A stretch of DNA of 64,000 nucleotides from Aulosira sp. ZfuVER01. GTDB lineage: Bacteria; Cyanobacteriota; Cyanobacteriia; Cyanobacteriales; Nostocaceae. Location of the stretch: positions 1-64,000 of the forward strand of contig JAVRCV020000009.1 of NCBI GenBank assembly GCA_034530615.2. Direction: 5' to 3'. The notes below the pieces were generated by a model. It saw nothing but the letters and a program-made list of their open reading frames with translations. It did no database searches and had not been told where the DNA came from. Made by a program: the position numbers and the translations under genes. Shown one piece after another: positions 60,655 through 64,000 of the stretch. The first letter of the stretch is position 1, and the number at the start of each line of letters is the position of its first letter.

Positions 60655-62661
60655 ATGAAGCCGAAAATACATTCAGAATCTGACCATTGTTGTAATTGTG
60701 GACATGACGATCGCGAGAATCATAATCATCACCATCATAATGATTCTCATGAGCATCATGATGAGAATCATAACCATGACCATAATCACGATCATGGCGG
60801 AGAATTTAATCTCAAAAATGAGATATTTCCTTTGGTTTTAATTTTCAGTTTGTATACACCAGGTGTAATTTTTGAATCTCAATTACACCATACATTCTAC
60901 TCAATCGGTGAATATTTACTTTTCATCCCTGCCTATTTATTAAGTGGATGGAGTGTTTTAAAAACTGCCGGTAGAAATATACTTCGAGGTAGAGTATTTG
61001 ATGAAACATTTTTAATGACGGTAGCAACATTGGGAGCGATCGCAATTCATAAATTGCCAGAAGCGGTCGGAGTCATGTTATTTTACAAAATTGGGGAATT
61101 ATTCCAAGATATTGCCGTCAATCGTTCTCGTAACTCTATTAAAGCATTATTGGAAGTACGTCCAGATTATGCCAATATTCAAATAGATGGAGAACTCAAG
61201 AAAGTATCGCCAGAAACAGTAAATATTGGTGAGATTATCGTTGTCAAACCAGGGGAAAAGATTCCTTTAGATGGTGAAATCATCGAAGGAAATTCCCAAG
61301 TTGACACATCTGCATTAACTGGAGAATCTGTACCACGAACAGTAAAAGTTGGAGAAACAGTTTTGGCTGGAATGCTCAACAAAATGGGTGTCCTGACAAT
61401 CAAGGTCACAAAACTTTTTGATGAGTCTTCCATCGCCAAGATTTTAGATTTGGTGCAGAATGCCAAAAGCAAAAAAGCAGCAACAGAGAAATTTATTACT
61501 AAGTTTGCCAGATATTATACGCCAGTAGTAGTTTTTGCATCTCTAGCAGTTGCGCTATTACCTCTTTTATTCCTGAATGGGACAACATCCTCAGAATGGA
61601 TTTATCGCGGTTTGATATTATTAGTAATTTCCTGTCCATGTGGATTAGTTATCAGTATTCCACTTGGTTACTTTGGGGGCATAGGAGGTGCTGCTAAACG
61701 CGGTATTTTGGTTAAAGGCTCTACTTTTTTAGATACTTTGACAACAGTAGATACAGTTGTATTTGACAAAACAGGGACATTGACTAGAGGAGTATTTAAA
61801 GTAGTTAATATTGTTCCTAAAAATGGCTGGAATGAGCAAGAATTGCTACAATTAGCCGCCGAAATAGAATCGCACTCAAATCATCCGATTGCTCAATCTA
61901 TTAGGGATGCTTATCAAGGAAAAATCGATGCAACTGAAGTAAGAGATTACGAAGAAATCGCTGGTTATGGAATCAGCGCCAAAATAGAAAATCAGTTAGT
62001 GCTTGCAGGAAGCGATCGCTTGTTACATAAAGAGAAGATTGCTCATGATATTTGCAACATTGAAGGCACAGTGATTCATTTAGCAGTGAATCGTAATTAT
62101 GCTGGATATATTGTCATAGCTGATGAGTTGAAATCAGATGCAAGAGAGGCTATTCACCAGCTAAAAAGCATTGGTGTCAAAAAAACATTAATGTTGACAG
62201 GAGATAATCAAGCGATCGCCTCCCATATTGCTCAACAGCTTGGCATAGATTCCTATGAAGCAGAGTTATTACCAGAAGAAAAAGTGAGTGCAATTGAAAA
62301 GTTACTCAGTACCTCAGAACAGCATGGTAAAGTCGCTTTTATCGGAGATGGAATTAATGATGCCCCAGTAATTGCTAGAGCTGATGTTGGGATGGCAATG
62401 GGCGGATTAGGTTCAGATGCGGCAATAGAAACCGCTGATATTGTGATAATGACGGATACGCCTTCAAAAGTGGCACAAGCAATACAAATTGCCAGAAAAA
62501 CCCGCACAATTGTTTGGCAAAATATCATTTTTGCGTTAGTAATCAAAAGCGTATTTATTGGGTTGGGGATTTTTGGAATTGCGACAATGTGGGAAGCTGT
62601 GTTTGCTGATGTCGGCGTAGCGCTGCTGGCAATTTTTAACGCCACCAGAGTGATGAATTGA
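60655..62661 (+). CDS. Zn/Cd-exporting P1B-type ATPase with His-rich N-terminus (ZiaA/CadA-like)
   Basis: TGES, CPC, DKTGTLT, HP, GDGIND, FADVG; CC.C plus His-rich leader. Confidence 0.93.
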   Translation: MKPKIHSESDHCCNCGHDDRENHNHHHHNDSHEHHDENHNHDHNHDHGGEFNLKNEIFPLVLIFSLYTPGVIFESQLHHTFYSIGEYLLFIPAYLLSGWSVLKTAGRNILRGRVFDETFLMTVATLGAIAIHKLPEAVGVMLFYKIGELFQDIAVNRSRNSIKALLEVRPDYANIQIDGELKKVSPETVNIGEIIVVKPGEKIPLDGEIIEGNSQVDTSALTGESVPRTVKVGETVLAGMLNKMGVLTIKVTKLFDESSIAKILDLVQNAKSKKAATEKFITKFARYYTPVVVFASLAVALLPLLFLNGTTSSEWIYRGLILLVISCPCGLVISIPLGYFGGIGGAAKRGILVKGSTFLDTLTTVDTVVFDKTGTLTRGVFKVVNIVPKNGWNEQELLQLAAEIESHSNHPIAQSIRDAYQGKIDATEVRDYEEIAGYGISAKIENQLVLAGSDRLLHKEKIAHDICNIEGTVIHLAVNRNYAGYIVIADELKSDAREAIHQLKSIGVKKTLMLTGDNQAIASHIAQQLGIDSYEAELLPEEKVSAIEKLLSTSEQHGKVAFIGDGINDAPVIARADVGMAMGGLGSDAAIETADIVIMTDTPSKVAQAIQIARKTRTIVWQNIIFALVIKSVFIGLGIFGIATMWEAVFADVGVALLAIFNATRVMN

Positions 62662-62686
62662 ACCGGAAACTGGGGGGACAAGGAAG

Positions 62687-62730
62687 AGCCACTGCGTTGC
62701 GGAGGTTCCCTCCGTTGTAGCAAGTGGCGT
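62687..62730. repeat. Small dispersed repeat (SDR-like) embedded in STRR-like sequence
   Basis: AGCCACT-GCG...GGTTCCC...AGTGGCGT; related to 20559-20601. Confidence 0.75.
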
Positions 62731-62904
62731 CGACAGGGGAGAAATAACAAATGACTACTGACAAATGACAATCTGGAATTAAGAGTTGGGAGTTTGTAGT
62801 AGATAACAGCAAGAAGTCAAAACTTGTTCATTTAACACTCCTAACTTAGTTACAGGCGCGAGCGATCGCGTCTGTTTCTTTCTCAGCAACCCAGAGTAGA
62901 ATCC

Positions 62905-63579
62905 ATGAAGTCTCCCATCACACACATTGCAATAGCTACATTAGCTTTGCTACTAAGCAACTCAACCAACTCAGTATTGGCCGCACCCCAAACAACTAAT
63001 CATCTAGTTAACGTCGCCCAAGCACAAAAGGCTTCAGACAACTTAATTATTCCTGGACAGAGAGTAGGCCCTGTGACAAGCACAACCACCAAGGAAGATT
63101 TAGTCAAGTTGTTTGGTGCATCCCGGTTGGTTGATAAAACTATTCCTGGGGCTGAAGGAATGGGTAGTTATGCAGCTACTCAGGTAAATTTAGGTAAGGA
63201 GCGATCGTTCTTAGTAGTCTGGAGCGATAACACTCGTAGCAAACCACTCACTGTCAGTGACTTCGGTTCTGCTTGGAAAACTCCTGAAGGTTTAAGTGTA
63301 GGTACTCCCTTAAATGAGTTACGCCAGAAGTTAGGGAACTTTCAACTCTATGGCTTGGGCTGGGACTATAGCGGCACAATCTTGTTGAGTACCAGCCGAT
63401 TACCTGGTTATCAAGGCAAACTGATTTTAAGAGTGAATGCTGCTCCTAATGCTTACAAAAATTACCCAAAAGATTACAAAGCAGTCTCAGGCGATCGCAC
63501 TTTTTCTTCTAGCGATCGCCATTGGAAATCTCTGGGAATACGTTTAACACAAATAAGTGTTTTGCTTAACCAGGAATAA
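62905..63579 (+). CDS. Hypothetical exported protein
   Basis: Signal peptide; IIPG.RVGP and T.EG..VGT.L.EL, F.L.G.GWDY.G segments. Confidence 0.8.
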   Translation: MKSPITHIAIATLALLLSNSTNSVLAAPQTTNHLVNVAQAQKASDNLIIPGQRVGPVTSTTTKEDLVKLFGASRLVDKTIPGAEGMGSYAATQVNLGKERSFLVVWSDNTRSKPLTVSDFGSAWKTPEGLSVGTPLNELRQKLGNFQLYGLGWDYSGTILLSTSRLPGYQGKLILRVNAAPNAYKNYPKDYKAVSGDRTFSSSDRHWKSLGIRLTQISVLLNQE

Positions 63580-63971
63580 GTCTTCAATACTCATTAACCA
63601 GTCTTTGATACTCATTAATCAGTCTTTGATACTCATTAACCAAGCTTAGAACTCCATTAATCAGTCTTTGATACTCGTTAACCAAGCTCTGATACTTGTT
63701 AACCAGGCTTAGAACTCCATTAATCAGTCTTTGATACTCGTTAATCAGTCTTTGATACTCATTAACCAAGCTTAGAACTCCATTAATCAGTCTTTGATAC
63801 TCGTTAACCAGGCTTAGAACTCCATTAACCAGTCTTTGATACTCGTTAACCAGTCTTTGATACTCGTTAACCAGTCTTTGATACTCATTAACCAAGCTTA
63901 GAACTCCATTAACCAAGCTCTGATACTCGTTAATCAAGCTGAGAACTTCATTAACCAGGATTTAATACTCA
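63579..63971. repeat. Tandem array of 18 complete 21-bp units plus one partial unit
   Basis: Units start TTAA(C/T)CA every 21 bp from 63594 to 63951; main types ttaa(c/t)cagtctttgatactc(a/g) and ttaacca(a/g)gcttagaactcca. Confidence 0.97.
63584..63937 (-). CDS. Possible heptad-repeat (coiled-coil) protein encoded by the array
   Basis: Only frame open across the array; (LVNEYQR/LVNGVLS)n; TTG start, weak RBS. Confidence 0.4.
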   Translation of the reverse strand: MINEYQSLVNGVLSLVNEYQRLVNEYQRLVNEYQRLVNGVLSLVNEYQRLINGVLSLVNEYQRLINEYQRLINGVLSLVNKYQSLVNEYQRLINGVLSLVNEYQRLINEYQRLVNEY

Positions 63972-64000
63972 TTACTGTGATTTCTCGGTGAGGTCGCGAA

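Noticed and set aside
63579..63971. CRISPR array
   Set aside because: Units are contiguous 21-mers of two or three recurring types with no unique spacers, and no cas genes are visible
1..64000. Frequent GCGATCGC octamers as a special signal
   Set aside because: This is the known cyanobacterial HIP1 sequence

Overview
Chromosomal segment of a filamentous heterocyst-forming cyanobacterium (Nostocales). Evidence: abundant HIP1 octamers GCGATCGC, heptamer STRR repeats and a fraC-fraD-fraE/fraF locus. Housekeeping genes (ndbB, moeA, rpmG-rpsR, RNase II, cobO, dacB) alternate with accessory modules: a TetR/hydrolase pair, a multicopper oxidase fused to a DUF4114-like tail, a non-clock KaiC-like ATPase with a hybrid kinase, stress genes (KGG, CsbD, GlsB, CGTase-like) sharing a palindromic upstream motif, and a chemotaxis-like cluster with a soluble cyanobacteriochrome MCP. 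The right end is an ion-homeostasis region: fluoride riboswitch with a CLC-F/DUF190 fusion and a crcB remnant, then a variant cobalamin-riboswitch-like leader, cbtB, a structured spacer and a His-rich membrane protein, then mntH with a ManR box and a Zn/Cd P1B-ATPase with an SmtB box. The window ends in an 18-unit 21-bp tandem array. The strongest candidates for something undescribed are the cbtB locus RNA architecture (57302-59009) and the 21-bp array. No tRNA, rRNA, CRISPR array or transposase was recognised. All family calls are from motif recognition by eye, not database searches.
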